IMG/VR virus record: IMGVR_UViG_2537562194_000033
From: a virus
Lineage: Duplodnaviria > Heunggongvirae > Uroviricota > Caudoviricetes
Direction: 5' to 3' (one strand)
Length of the DNA: 27,095 nt
The translations under genes were made by a program, and so were the position numbers. The notes under the pieces are model-generated. The model worked only from the letters and a program-made list of their open reading frames with translations, was not told where the DNA came from and made no database searches. Shown piece after piece: positions 1 through 8,991 of the stretch. Numbering within the stretch: the first letter of the stretch is position 1; each line of letters starts with the position of its first letter.

Positions 1-501
1 CCGATATGTCTTCCATGCAGTCAGTAACGATGCCTCTTCCTCCGTCGCAATATCCAAATCTACGGCATCCTGAAGTGGCGCAATATGCTCACTGGCCATC
101 TGCATCAGGCTGTTTTTTGTTTCTTCCGCCTTCCGGATCCGGAACAGTTTTTCTGCTTCTGCATCTTTCACCCAGGCTGTGCCGTTCCACTTCTGAAACT
201 CCCCTTCCGGGGATAACCAGGTGACATTTTCCGGTAATGGGCCAAGTTCAGAAATAAATAACGCGTCGCCGGAAGCCACGTCATAGACGGTTTTTCCCCG
301 ATGGTCTTCAACGAGATTCCACGATGCCTCATCACTGTTGAAAACGGCCACGAAGCCAGCCGGAATATCTGGCGGGGCAATATCGGTACTGTTTGCAGGC
401 AGACCTGTATGAGGTGGAATGTATGCATCACCTTCACCAATAAACTCATTGGTTCCGGTCAGTAGATTATAAATTTTTATGGTCCGTGATTGTTCACTCA
501 T
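1..501 (-). CDS. tail fibre assembly protein (Tfa/gpG-like), 3' end cut by window edge
   Basis: Minus-strand frame is open from ATG at 501-499 to position 1 (checked every in-frame triplet for stops). Start lies 12 nt downstream of the tail fibre gene stop. Translation begins [20 protein letters not shown] and contains an ...[22 protein letters not shown] segment typical of phage tail fibre assembly chaperones. Absent from the ORF track because it has no stop inside the window. Confidence 0.75.
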   Translation of the reverse strand, partial: MSEQSRTIKIYNLLTGTNEFIGEGDAYIPPHTGLPANSTDIAPPDIPAGFVAVFNSDEASWNLVEDHRGKTVYDVASGDALFISELGPLPENVTWLSPEGEFQKWNGTAWVKDAEAEKLFRIRKAEETKNSLMQMASEHIAPLQDAVDLDIATEEEASLLTAWKTYR

Positions 502-512
502 TCTGAATGTCA

Positions 513-2645
513 TTATGCAAGCCTCACAATATAGTTAAATGCGATGTTTTTTACGGTGTTTTCTGCGTTCCCCGTAGCATTAACGGTGATGGTGTGTCCG
601 TGGGGACCAATAATGACAGAATGGGCATGAGCACCAATGCCGATAGTGTGGTTATGGGCACCGATATATACATTGTGAGCATGCCCTCCTGCGCTCGACG
701 TGGTACCTGTACCTAACGCAGCGTTATAACCGGCTGATACACCATTCCCCGCGCCAGTGTGACCAACAGGTATATTGTGTGAATGAGCTCCTGCGCTATT
801 TGTGGTTTTTGTGCCGTAATCAAATGAACTGGTCGTTTTAGTACCGTAATCAAACGACGATGTGGTTTTCGTCCCCAAATCAGTACTGGATGCGCTGGCG
901 CTGTGGGTGTGCGATTTAATGCCGTCCTGTTCCTGAGACAATACGGCACGACCACTGGCAGGTTTGCCCTTGATAGTCCAGCCACGCATATCAGGAATAA
1001 CGCCTGACGGATAAGCGACTGCAAGTTTCGGGTATGCAGATTTGTCAAAAGTCTGCCCCTGCATCAGGGCATAACCAGACGGAACGGTATCTGATGGCCA
1101 CGGAATCGGTGCACCGACTGGATAAAACTCTTCAGGAGGATGAGCCGAGGTGTAAAGCTGCGCCCACGGCGACCAGTTTGCGTCGGTCGTATCCCGTCGT
1201 GAACGAATAAATGCCGGAGCATGAGCACCGCTTATACCACTCCAGCCGATGAGTAATTCGCCTTCGCCAACGGCTGTCATCCCTTTCAGGTGAATGATAT
1301 TTCCATACGTTGTTGGATATCCGTTGTTATACGCCTCGTATAACTCCAGACCTGTGGCCCCCTGCATATTATCTGTCAGGGCGGTCAGCCGACCTTTTGA
1401 AGCCAGATTAACTGACGATACTGCTGTCCCATCTGACGGTAACGCCCCGATCTCTGATGCTGTTGGCTTATTCCTGGAGTTATAGTCCCTTCGCCAGCCA
1501 GGAGCATAAGCATCACCATGATTAATATAAGTAAATTGAGCATTAGGGATGCCTTCACCGCTGGATGTACTCGGTGTGGTAATGCGTATGGTCATTGCGC
1601 CGCGGGTGCCAATAACTTCCACAACAGCACCTGCAAGACAAATACTTCCGCAACCTGTATCTGTAATGACCTTATTATTTGCATAAGCCCATGAGCCTTT
1701 GCACATCCAGTAAGGATGGTTAAATGCCCCCTGACTCTCTAGCCAAAAAATCAACTGCGCAGTTGTCCATGCTTCACTATCTCCACCAATATTCAGCTCT
1801 GCACTATATGCACGGCAGGCACCGATATTTTTCGTAAAGGTGTCTTTATCAGAGATATCCTCACCATTCTTAGCTTTCTGCAGACGTTTTTCAGCATTGT
1901 CATAGGCAGCTTTTACTGCATTTGAAGTTGCCGCCAGCGTTTCAGATGTACTGTTGGTTGCACTGCTGAGCTGGACTATCCCTTTTCGTGCCGTCGTGGC
2001 GTCCTGAGCGGTATATTTTCCGTTAGCCAGGTCATACGCGGCCTTAACCGCTTTCGGCGTTGCGGCCAGCGTTTCAGAATCGCTGTTAGTGGCGCTACTG
2101 AGTTGAACAAAGCCTTTTGCGGTCAGCGAGGCATCCGGGTGACGTCGTGACTGTTCATGCTCTTTCAGTTTGTCATCCACGTAATCCACTGTGGCCATCA
2201 CCATGGTGTTATCCACGGTAAGCGCCACGCTGGCAGTGCTGGATACGGTTAGAATGGTGCGAAATGTTTGTGCACGTCCGGACCCCTCGGCAACGGTTGG
2301 CTTGTAACTTTCGGCAGTATTGCCCACCGCGATTAAATCGCCGTGCTCATCAAATACACCAATTTCCCGGATCCAGAATCCGCCCGTTTCAGGAGGAATA
2401 ACCAGCTCCGCAATAATGCGGTTCTGATGTGTTGCGTCCAGGATGACGCGATTAACAGTGTGTCGCCACACCTCATGCACCAGACGGGTCTGCTTACTGT
2501 CTGGTGTGGGCAACGTGCCGCCACCGTCGCCCACGGCCATATGAGTCAGGCGGACAGGCTTACCATCTGGCGCGGCTGCCTGAGCTAATTTTTTTGCACC
2601 CGTATCGGTGATAACGGTTTTAAATTTTCGTGTTGTGGTATTCAT
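513..2645 (-). CDS. H: tail fibre protein (gpH-like), P2-type N-terminal domain with His-box repeat tip
   Basis: 710-aa ORF with ATG at 2645. The N-terminal ~250 aa resemble the P2 gpH baseplate-attachment domain as I recall it (e.g. [21 protein letters not shown], duplicated SSATNS.SETLAAT blocks). The C-terminus carries tandem [10 protein letters not shown] repeats and five GxHxH motifs. Lies directly downstream of gene I. Confidence 0.9.
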   Translation of the reverse strand: MNTTTRKFKTVITDTGAKKLAQAAAPDGKPVRLTHMAVGDGGGTLPTPDSKQTRLVHEVWRHTVNRVILDATHQNRIIAELVIPPETGGFWIREIGVFDEHGDLIAVGNTAESYKPTVAEGSGRAQTFRTILTVSSTASVALTVDNTMVMATVDYVDDKLKEHEQSRRHPDASLTAKGFVQLSSATNSDSETLAATPKAVKAAYDLANGKYTAQDATTARKGIVQLSSATNSTSETLAATSNAVKAAYDNAEKRLQKAKNGEDISDKDTFTKNIGACRAYSAELNIGGDSEAWTTAQLIFWLESQGAFNHPYWMCKGSWAYANNKVITDTGCGSICLAGAVVEVIGTRGAMTIRITTPSTSSGEGIPNAQFTYINHGDAYAPGWRRDYNSRNKPTASEIGALPSDGTAVSSVNLASKGRLTALTDNMQGATGLELYEAYNNGYPTTYGNIIHLKGMTAVGEGELLIGWSGISGAHAPAFIRSRRDTTDANWSPWAQLYTSAHPPEEFYPVGAPIPWPSDTVPSGYALMQGQTFDKSAYPKLAVAYPSGVIPDMRGWTIKGKPASGRAVLSQEQDGIKSHTHSASASSTDLGTKTTSSFDYGTKTTSSFDYGTKTTNSAGAHSHNIPVGHTGAGNGVSAGYNAALGTGTTSSAGGHAHNVYIGAHNHTIGIGAHAHSVIIGPHGHTITVNATGNAENTVKNIAFNYIVRLA
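805..880 (-). repeat. about 2.5 tandem 30-bp repeats inside tail fibre gene H
   Basis: Nucleotide repeat GTTTT.GT.CCGTAATCAAA... encoding tandem [10 protein letters not shown] units. Confidence 0.7.
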
Positions 2646-2647
2646 GC

Positions 2648-3178
2648 TTAATCGTCCGGATAAATGGTAATAACTTCACCGTCATAAGTTGCCGCCGCTG
2701 CGAAAATATCCCCCGGAACTTCCTGAATGATATTCAGCCCTGTCATGTGGCGGCTGACCGGACGGGCATCAGCAATCAACCGCTCCATTTCCAGATACAT
2801 TTCCTCCGTCACGCCACTGTCCAGTGTGCCGACTTCAACGGTAAATGTTCCCGGTTCTCCGCCGAACTCCCACCATTCAGACACGCGAATGAGGTATCCC
2901 AGCGGCTCAATGGCCCTGCGCAGTGCGCTGATGGTCCCTTTGTGTCGGTGTATCAGCCATGCATCACGAATAACCTGTCGCTTTGTCTCTTCCGGCCAGT
3001 TGCGATCCCAGCGGTCAACGGAAAATGCCCAGGCGAGATAAGGCAGCAGGTGCACCGGGCAGGTGTCCGGCGACCACAGCGTGTTGAGGTCTACCGGGAT
3101 GTCTGTAATGCGCGTTCCGACGGCTTCGGCACAACGCATGAAATTGCTGGCTGATGGTGGTAACAACGAATTACTCAT
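2648..3178 (-). CDS. I: baseplate assembly protein gpI
   Basis: Start moved to the internal ATG at 3178 ([13 protein letters not shown]...), giving 176 aa. It overlaps the stop of J by 8 nt, as expected in a P2 late operon; the track ORF start at 3211 is upstream of that. Confidence 0.85.
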   Translation of the reverse strand: MSNSLLPPSASNFMRCAEAVGTRITDIPVDLNTLWSPDTCPVHLLPYLAWAFSVDRWDRNWPEETKRQVIRDAWLIHRHKGTISALRRAIEPLGYLIRVSEWWEFGGEPGTFTVEVGTLDSGVTEEMYLEMERLIADARPVSRHMTGLNIIQEVPGDIFAAAATYDGEVITIYPDD

Positions 3179-4067
3179 TGCGCCCACCTTCGCTGATGGT
3201 GAATGACTCACAGCGCGCCGCCTGTATGTCGCTGATGGCCATATTCTGTGTGGGTTCGATTATCTCCACGCGTTGCACACCGTGCACATGCAGTGCGGCA
3301 GCAATGGCGGACAACGCCACGTCCTGACCGATAAGCCCCTGCTCAGCCAGCCACTTCCTGAACGACGATTCCGCCGCAGCCAGAATAGGTTCGGATTCCG
3401 GGCCGGGGTAAAAGTACAGTTTTGCATTCAGCCGCCATGTCACGATTCTGGCGCTCTGTACAGTAAGGCGGTCGGCCACCGGGCGGGTATCCTCTGCATT
3501 CAGAACGGCGCGAACGGTATTAAGCAACGCCTCCGTTGCTGTGCCGTCGCCTTCAGTGGACAGGATGGAAACCGTCACATTTGCCGGAGACGGACTGATA
3601 GCCCGCGCATCACGCACCAGACCGCTGGCGCTGCGGGCAAAATACTCGTATGCACCTGACGGGCCAGCAACACTCAGGCCATCGTACGCCCGCTGCGCCC
3701 GCAGTCTCAGCGAGGTGTCACTTTCCATCACTGCGTCGGTGGTATCCGTTGCCGGAGTGATGGTCAGGCGCTTTGTGTTCATATTGCCCGCGAGGTTGTC
3801 CAGGTCTGTCCCGGCGCTGTGGCTTAACATGCAGGCGCGTGCCCCCTCGTTAACCCGCTGGCGTAACAGCATTTCACGAAACGACATGGTTTGAGCGATA
3901 ACGTTAAGGGGTTCCGATTCCAGCTCCAGCGCGGCGGAAACGGCTTCACGCTGTTCGGCGGGATAAGCCGCAATCATCATGGCCTTTGTGTCAGCCAGAA
4001 TTGCCTCAAAGTCAGGCTCCGCGATGATGGCGGGGTCCGGTAACTGTGAAAGGTCAACGGCGGGCAT
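3171..4067 (-). CDS. J: baseplate wedge protein gpJ
   Basis: 298-aa ORF with ATG at 4067 and a GGGAG ribosome-binding site 9 nt upstream. Size and position between W and I fit P2 gpJ. Confidence 0.85.
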   Translation of the reverse strand: MPAVDLSQLPDPAIIAEPDFEAILADTKAMMIAAYPAEQREAVSAALELESEPLNVIAQTMSFREMLLRQRVNEGARACMLSHSAGTDLDNLAGNMNTKRLTITPATDTTDAVMESDTSLRLRAQRAYDGLSVAGPSGAYEYFARSASGLVRDARAISPSPANVTVSILSTEGDGTATEALLNTVRAVLNAEDTRPVADRLTVQSARIVTWRLNAKLYFYPGPESEPILAAAESSFRKWLAEQGLIGQDVALSAIAAALHVHGVQRVEIIEPTQNMAISDIQAARCESFTISEGGRNE

Positions 4068-4070
4068 GAT

Positions 4071-4421
4071 TTACTCCCTTAGCGTGATGGTTAATTCAAC
4101 ATTCTGCATGGTCTGCATGACAGTGCCCGACAGCGTCACCCCGGCGCGGCCTCCCGCTTTCCAGACAACGTCGATGGCATCCAGGGCAATGCGGGGTTCC
4201 CATCGTGTCAGCGCAATCACGGCAGCACTCATGCATTGCAGACGCGTGGTGTTATTCATGGGTTCGTCAATCAAATCAGGCACAAGGCTGCCATATTCCC
4301 GTCGCATAACCCGGCTTGCCAGCGGGGTGGTCAGGATATCCCTGACTGACTGTTTCAGGTGCTCCATATCGTTCAGGTTTCCCGTTCCGTCCGGGTTCAT
4401 TCCTGTGTAGCGGGTTGTCAC
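4071..4421 (-). CDS. W: baseplate protein gpW (gp25-like)
   Basis: 116 aa starting MTTRYTGMN from a GTG at 4421 that overlaps the V stop (GTGA). Size and N-terminus match P2 gpW as recalled. Confidence 0.85.
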   Translation of the reverse strand: MTTRYTGMNPDGTGNLNDMEHLKQSVRDILTTPLASRVMRREYGSLVPDLIDEPMNNTTRLQCMSAAVIALTRWEPRIALDAIDVVWKAGGRAGVTLSGTVMQTMQNVELTITLRE

Positions 4422-5000
4422 TGCGGGCCTCCTGTCGAATCGCTGCCACCTTTAACGCCACCGTGCTTATGCGTATGCACTGTGATGCCGTTTGAGGTGA
4501 AATCGCCGCCGCTGTGCGTGATATTGCCGCTCATCTTTCCTCCTTTTGTGACGTCAAGCGTCGCCGTTCTCAGAAGGTTTGTGCATTCCACGACAGGTGT
4601 GTCCAGCGTCACACTGACGGATGCCTGCAGGGTGGCCGTTTTCATGCCGCTGGCGCTCAGTGCGCCTGCGTCCGCGTCGTAGCGGAACACCGCGCCATCC
4701 GGCGCGCTGATCACGATTTCTTTCAGGCTTTTGCCGGGTGCCGGAATGGCATCACTCCACAGACTGCCAATTATCATGGCGGTTTCCGGGTTGCCGCCGA
4801 TGCAGGCAATTACCACCTGTTCGCCGGGTGATGGCGGCAACCACACATTGAAGGCACCCGCGCGCGTGGTGTTCCAGCGCAGCCAGCCTGTTTCCAGTTC
4901 GCCGCTGCGAACGCGCACGCACCAGGACTTCCTCATCAACTTCAGAGATGATCCCGGTACGGATGATGTTGCTCAGCAGTCGCATGAGTTCAGCGCTCAC
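4418..5000 (-). pseudogene. V: baseplate spike/assembly protein gpV, apparent +1 frameshift
   Basis: The N-terminal part (MSAELMRLLSNIIRTGIISEVD...) is in the frame of 5000, and the rest (..CVRVRSGELETGWLRW..PPSPGEQVVI..) is in the frame of 4939. Together they reconstruct a typical gpV, but the span is 583 nt, not a multiple of 3. The shift maps to about 4925-4945. Confidence 0.6.
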
Positions 5001-5632
5001 CGTACAGCCTCCGCAATCCGGCCCAGCACCGTGTTATAAATCAGGCGCTCATCTGCCTGGCTGATACCCAGCAGCTCACGTACCGGGTAATCGGTGAAAA
5101 TGCCCGGCGCAACCTGATCGCGCTCACCGAACTGATGAACGCGGGCAATACGTGCGGCCACGCCGCTGTAACCCACCGTCACACCGGAAGCATCTGCACG
5201 GGCTTTCAGGTAGCGGGCGGTGCGCAGTTTTACGAACATGGGGACGCGCTTTGTGCTGTCCTGGTTGATGCGCCGGGTGCGTATTTCCAGAAAACGGTCG
5301 ATGTCATCCCGGTAAAACGTGCGGATATTGTTTTTATCCTCATCCCACCCGGTAATGGTTCGCCCGTATTTCCCCGTGTCGTGATGCCAGTTTTTCAGCG
5401 TGCGTGCTTCGTTATTCCAGATAAAGCGAATGCGTTCCTGTATCCGGGTTACGCGGCGTCTGCGTGGTGTCCACGCGGTCCCGTCCGGCGCTTTCTGTGA
5501 CCGGATACGCGCCTGCTGGGCGCGGCGTAAATCCTGTGCCAGCTTTCTGGCGATGTTATTGATGGCCTGCTGATTCAGGCTGTCGCGGATGGCCTCAAAG
5601 GTTTCATCCACGCGGGTGAATGCCTTATCCAT
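4997..5632 (-). CDS. S: virion morphogenesis / tail completion protein gpS-like
   Basis: ATG at 5632 (MDKAFTRV...); the track start at 5641 is a GTG. Conserved QQARIRSQKAPDGTAW, KLRTARYL and VGYSGVAARIARVHQFG blocks fit the P2 S family as recalled. Carries an internal insertion relative to that recollection. Confidence 0.8.
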   Translation of the reverse strand: MDKAFTRVDETFEAIRDSLNQQAINNIARKLAQDLRRAQQARIRSQKAPDGTAWTPRRRRVTRIQERIRFIWNNEARTLKNWHHDTGKYGRTITGWDEDKNNIRTFYRDDIDRFLEIRTRRINQDSTKRVPMFVKLRTARYLKARADASGVTVGYSGVAARIARVHQFGERDQVAPGIFTDYPVRELLGISQADERLIYNTVLGRIAEAVR

Positions 5633-6092
5633 CGCTTTCACCCCACGTCACATCCTGGAATACATGCGACCAGTCGCCTTCGGGAGATGGCAGGCGGGGT
5701 TTTGGCTCCGGCAGGTGTTCTGCCTGCGGCGCGCCCTGACTGCTGCGCGTGATGCGAACGCGTTCCCGCAGGGGGAGCGTAAACAGGAGATCGGCGCTGT
5801 CATCGTCATTGATAACAGCGGAGAATTTGATGTCCTGATTACGCTCCGGATTGAGCAACAACTGCGGCTGATTTTCGGATAACCACGCCAGCAGCGGCAG
5901 CGTGAGGTCGTCCAGCTCCCCGGCGTAATCCATGACAAACATCACCATCTGATAGCGGTAAACAAACGAGGGAGTTTCTCCGGTCGTTTCAATGTTGCCG
6001 CTCTCCACGAAAATGGTGAATTTTTCCGGGTTGGCCTGACACCATCGGCATGAACGGGTCATGGCTTCACGCAGGGAATCAGTTTTCAGCAT
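5625..6092 (-). CDS. R: tail completion protein gpR
   Basis: 155 aa, overlapping the start of S by 8 nt, in the P2 R position downstream of the lysis genes. Confidence 0.8.
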   Translation of the reverse strand: MLKTDSLREAMTRSCRWCQANPEKFTIFVESGNIETTGETPSFVYRYQMVMFVMDYAGELDDLTLPLLAWLSENQPQLLLNPERNQDIKFSAVINDDDSADLLFTLPLRERVRITRSSQGAPQAEHLPEPKPRLPSPEGDWSHVFQDVTWGESDG

Positions 6093-6369
6093 GGTTGTTA
6101 TCCTCGTTGTTCAGTCGTTGCAGCCTGCGCTGTTCCAGTAATTCAATGGCCCGTTTATCCGCGTTACAGGTTTCCAGTGCATCCAGAAGGCGGTCGCCCC
6201 ATATACCGAGATTTCCCCATGTGGGAGTGTCAGGGAAGGGGGGAGGCGTTACCGGTATGGTCAGCGTCTGCGGTATAAGCCGGACTGACGGCGCTGGCAG
6301 TGGCGCGTTCTGCGTGCCTGCGCAACCTGTCAGTAAAACGAGCGTCAGGCAAAGCGTGGGCGCATTCAT
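6079..6369 (-). CDS. lysC: outer-membrane lipoprotein spanin (LysC/Rz1-like)
   Basis: Start set to ATG at 6369, giving 96 aa: MNAPTLCLTLVLLTGCAG has a lipobox (LTGC) followed by a Pro-rich segment. It begins inside lysB in another frame and runs past its end, the overlapped spanin arrangement of P2. Confidence 0.8.
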   Translation of the reverse strand: MNAPTLCLTLVLLTGCAGTQNAPLPAPSVRLIPQTLTIPVTPPPFPDTPTWGNLGIWGDRLLDALETCNADKRAIELLEQRRLQRLNNEDNNHAEN

Positions 6370-6637
6370 CTTTTGCAATATCGTTGCGTAGCTGTTCACG
6401 TCTGACCTCTCCGTCCTGATTGCGTTGCTGATTTTCCACGCGGAGTTGCGCCAGCACCTGCTGCATATCCTGTACCCCGGCGCTGATGATATTCAGGGTG
6501 TCGGCGGTACTTTTCAGGGTGCTGGCCTGTGCTTCGTTTCTGGCGTTCTCCCGGCCCAGCGACCAAGACAGACGCATGGATGTTCCCCATCCGGCAATCA
6601 GAAGGAAAGCGACGCCAAGCGTGGGCCAGAGCTTCAT
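6230..6637 (-). CDS. lysB: inner-membrane spanin (LysB/Rz-like)
   Basis: Start set to ATG at 6637 (MKLWPTLGVAFLLIAGWG, an N-terminal transmembrane helix followed by a coiled-coil-like, charged region). The ATG overlaps the endolysin stop (ATGA). The longer track ORF from 6781 is rejected. Confidence 0.8.
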   Translation of the reverse strand: MKLWPTLGVAFLLIAGWGTSMRLSWSLGRENARNEAQASTLKSTADTLNIISAGVQDMQQVLAQLRVENQQRNQDGEVRREQLRNDIAKDECAHALPDARFTDRLRRHAERATASAVSPAYTADADHTGNASPLP

Positions 6638-7026
6638 GCCGGATAGGCTCCGTGTGGTAACTGAAAATGCGGTCCGTCTTTCAGAGTCTTCCAGTCGCCG
6701 CCCCATTCCACCGGAATATTCAGTTCCCGGCTGGCCTGTCTGAATGCTGCTGCGATTTTTTCGTACAGCGGCCATTCCCATGACACCTGGCTGCCGATAT
6801 AAGCCACAACATCCACGGCATGCCCCGTAAGGTGGCGGCTGTTCATGGTCTGGCTCTTACCCGTGGCCACCAGTTGCTTCTGGCGGTAACGGCTGCGCAA
6901 CCCTTCGGTGATACCAAAATCCACTTCCGAGATTTCCAGTGCCCGTCGGGTCACTTTCACCAGATCAGGATTTACGCCCTGCAAATTCTTTTCGCTCCGG
7001 CTGCTGAATTTAAATGTGTTGCTCAT
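6634..7026 (-). CDS. endolysin, peptidase M15-type (L-alanyl-D-glutamate / D-Ala-D-Ala peptidase fold)
   Basis: 130 aa with SRHLTGHAVDV and WGGDW...PHFQL zinc-peptidase motifs. The ATG at 7026 overlaps the holin stop (ATGA). Confidence 0.8.
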   Translation of the reverse strand: MSNTFKFSSRSEKNLQGVNPDLVKVTRRALEISEVDFGITEGLRSRYRQKQLVATGKSQTMNSRHLTGHAVDVVAYIGSQVSWEWPLYEKIAAAFRQASRELNIPVEWGGDWKTLKDGPHFQLPHGAYPA

Positions 7027-7361
7027 TCGTTCTTCTCCTTCACCCTGCGATTAAAGGCCGCAATAACCTTGTCGCGTGCTTTCTCTGCACCCATAAAACC
7101 GATTGATGCGCCGATAAACGTCACGGCATCTTCAGGAAACCCGAAGAAGCGCAACGACCCGGCCACGGCCATGGCAAGAACGCCGCACGCCAGCGATCCC
7201 GTTACGGTCTGAACCAGTGTTCGTCCGTCATAAAGACTCATCAGCGCGGAAATGCTGACCGCCGCGCCTACTGCATACACCGTTGGCAGGTGGTCAAAGA
7301 GCCACGCAATAACCTGCTCTGTGATCCCTGTTTGAATGGTGCTCACTGCTACTTCCCCCAC
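7023..7361 (-). CDS. putative class I holin
   Basis: 112 aa with three hydrophobic segments and a charged C-terminus (EKARDKVIAAFNRRVKEKNE), immediately upstream of the endolysin. The start is a GTG at 7361 and is uncertain. Confidence 0.65.
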   Translation of the reverse strand: MGEVAVSTIQTGITEQVIAWLFDHLPTVYAVGAAVSISALMSLYDGRTLVQTVTGSLACGVLAMAVAGSLRFFGFPEDAVTFIGASIGFMGAEKARDKVIAAFNRRVKEKNE

Positions 7362-7549
7362 AACTGAATCATTTCTCGTTTCTTCTTCTCCGGCTCCGGC
7401 ATCTCAACTTCCTGCCCGGCGTCCAGAAATACCTGCTGACAGAGTCCGGGGTTGGCATCCAGCACCTTTTCGGTGACGCCCTGCGTCGTGCCGTAGTACC
7501 GGAAACAGAGCGAATCCACGGTGTCGCCTTCCAGTGCCTTCACTTTCAT
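7349..7549 (-). CDS. X: tail protein X (LysM-like)
   Basis: Start set to ATG at 7549 (MKVKALEGDTVDSLCFRYYG...LWGK), 66 aa. Close to P2 gpX as recalled. The ATG overlaps the L stop by 1 nt. Confidence 0.85.
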   Translation of the reverse strand: MKVKALEGDTVDSLCFRYYGTTQGVTEKVLDANPGLCQQVFLDAGQEVEMPEPEKKKREMIQLWGK

Positions 7550-8043
7550 CAGCACAACTCCGCAAAGATTCGCGGGCGGCACAGAATGTCAGAGATGGCC
7601 CAGCTCACATCACGCCACAAATCCGATGTCTGTATATCCAGAGCGTCCGCCCGGCGGTCGCCCTTGTCCGTTGTGTCTGCATCACGATAACGCTCCAGAA
7701 TCAGGGCGCGCGTGGCGGTATAAACAGCATTGCGCCAGTGCCAGAGATTGACGCTTTCTCCGTTAATTACAGGGGCCGGAACATCGGCCAGCGTCTGATG
7801 GCCAGCTGCCTGCTGTTCCTGCTGCCATGCTTCCAGCTCGCGGGTAACGTGTGCCACAGCCCCGGTGGCAGTATGCAGCAGGCGGGAGGTGGTCACGCGG
7901 CCCGGCAGTCGTACCGCCAGACGCAGCTCGCGCAGCACAATATCCGGCCAGAATGCACCCGCTGAAATGCGGGTATCGCCATCATCGGTATCGGTGATGT
8001 CGTCCTCTGCGGGTCTGGGTTCAGTTCTGGCAACCATACTCAT
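7549..8043 (-). CDS. L: head completion/stabilisation protein gpL
   Basis: ATG at 8043 with an AGGAG ribosome-binding site 9 nt upstream (the track start at 8052 is a GTG). 164 aa, in the P2 L position. Confidence 0.8.
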   Translation of the reverse strand: MSMVARTEPRPAEDDITDTDDGDTRISAGAFWPDIVLRELRLAVRLPGRVTTSRLLHTATGAVAHVTRELEAWQQEQQAAGHQTLADVPAPVINGESVNLWHWRNAVYTATRALILERYRDADTTDKGDRRADALDIQTSDLWRDVSWAISDILCRPRIFAELC

Positions 8044-8057
8044 GGGGTTCACTCCTG

Positions 8058-8129
8058 AAAAAAATCGGGCGGTGGGTGCGCGGTGTAAACGGTCACGGAG
8101 TCAAACCGGAACACCGCGCACGCCGCCCG
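8058..8129 (-). terminator. long GC-rich inverted repeat plus U-run between M and L (putative attenuator)
   Basis: On the minus strand, CGGGCGGCGTGCGCGGTG ... CACCGCGCACCCACCGCCCG (one mismatch, ~26-nt loop) followed by AUUUUUUU, immediately before the ribosome-binding site of L. Confidence 0.4.
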
Positions 8130-8145
8130 CTGACGGGGTCAGTCG

Positions 8146-8946
8146 TTAACCGCGCTTCGCCTTCTGCGTCGCGGTGGTTTTTCGTGTTGCAGGCTTCCGC
8201 GTTGTCTTTTTACTTTTGCTGCTTTCGTCCTGCGCCTGCTGTGCGCTGGCGTCTTCTGGTTCGGCTGCGGAATCGGCTTTTTTCAGGGCGCGGGAAAGGG
8301 TTGCAATCTCGCGTTTCACACCTGCGTTCGGGTTCAGGTGCATCGCTTCGCGCAGCAGCTTCAGTGATAAGGCCATGTTGTCTGCATCGGTCAGACCACG
8401 ACGGGCAAAGGCGCACGCCTTGCATAATTTGGCGCGCACTTCGTCCGGCATGTCCTGGTCGGTGACAATCTCCCGGAGGGTATCCAGTGGTTCGATAAAG
8501 GCGGATAAATCCGCGTCGGCATCCGTCCCGGCCTGCGTCAGTACCGGGTTGCAGATTTCTTCGGTCAGTACCGTGGCAGCAGTACGGCCAAAGTTATCCG
8601 GCATAATGAGGTTATGACGGACCACATACGCACCAATACGCAGCGCCAGCGGAAGATCGCCGCAGTCAATCGCCCACACCATCAGCGTGGCAATCACTTC
8701 ATCCTGCTGCCCGCCGTCAGCCTCCAGCGTTCCCTCAATCCAGCCGGAAAAGTCCGGCAATAACTCTTTTTTGATGGCGGCTTTCGCGCTTCTGGCCTGT
8801 ACGCCCTTAAGCCGGGCCTGTGCCAGACGCAGACGATACAGCACCTCTTCATGCGCGGTACGCGCGGCGTGGTCCACGCCTTCATTCGCCCGGCCTGCGC
8901 GCTGTGCCATCACGTTCTGCCAGTGTTGCTGTGCAGGAGTAATCAT
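8146..8946 (-). CDS. M: terminase small/endonuclease subunit gpM
   Basis: 266 aa, ATG at 8946 with a GGAGAG ribosome-binding site. Position between capsid N and L fits P2 gpM. Confidence 0.8.
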   Translation of the reverse strand: MITPAQQHWQNVMAQRAGRANEGVDHAARTAHEEVLYRLRLAQARLKGVQARSAKAAIKKELLPDFSGWIEGTLEADGGQQDEVIATLMVWAIDCGDLPLALRIGAYVVRHNLIMPDNFGRTAATVLTEEICNPVLTQAGTDADADLSAFIEPLDTLREIVTDQDMPDEVRAKLCKACAFARRGLTDADNMALSLKLLREAMHLNPNAGVKREIATLSRALKKADSAAEPEDASAQQAQDESSKSKKTTRKPATRKTTATQKAKRG

Positions 8947-8963
8947 TTTTTCTCTCCGTTACA

Positions 8964-8982
8964 GGCGGGCATGATGCCCGCC
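8964..8982 (-). promoter_or_regulatory. GC-rich hairpin between capsid gene N and terminase gene M
   Basis: GGCGGGCAT-G-ATGCCCGCC palindrome, not followed by a T-run. Possibly a transcript-stabilising or processing hairpin. Confidence 0.3.
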
Positions 8983-8991
8983 GTGAGTTGA

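Noticed and set aside
2630-3154. 174-aa plus-strand ORF
   Set aside because: Antisense to baseplate gene I, which has the conserved frame and operon coupling.
4418-5000. Reading the two track ORFs 4752-5000 and 4418-4939 as two separate genes
   Set aside because: Both carry consecutive conserved parts of one gpV protein and overlap in different frames. A single frameshifted gene explains them better.
6230-6781. Long track ORF (183 aa) as the lysB reading frame
   Set aside because: Its N-terminal 48 codons overlap the endolysin. The transmembrane signal begins at the internal ATG at 6637, which overlaps the endolysin stop.
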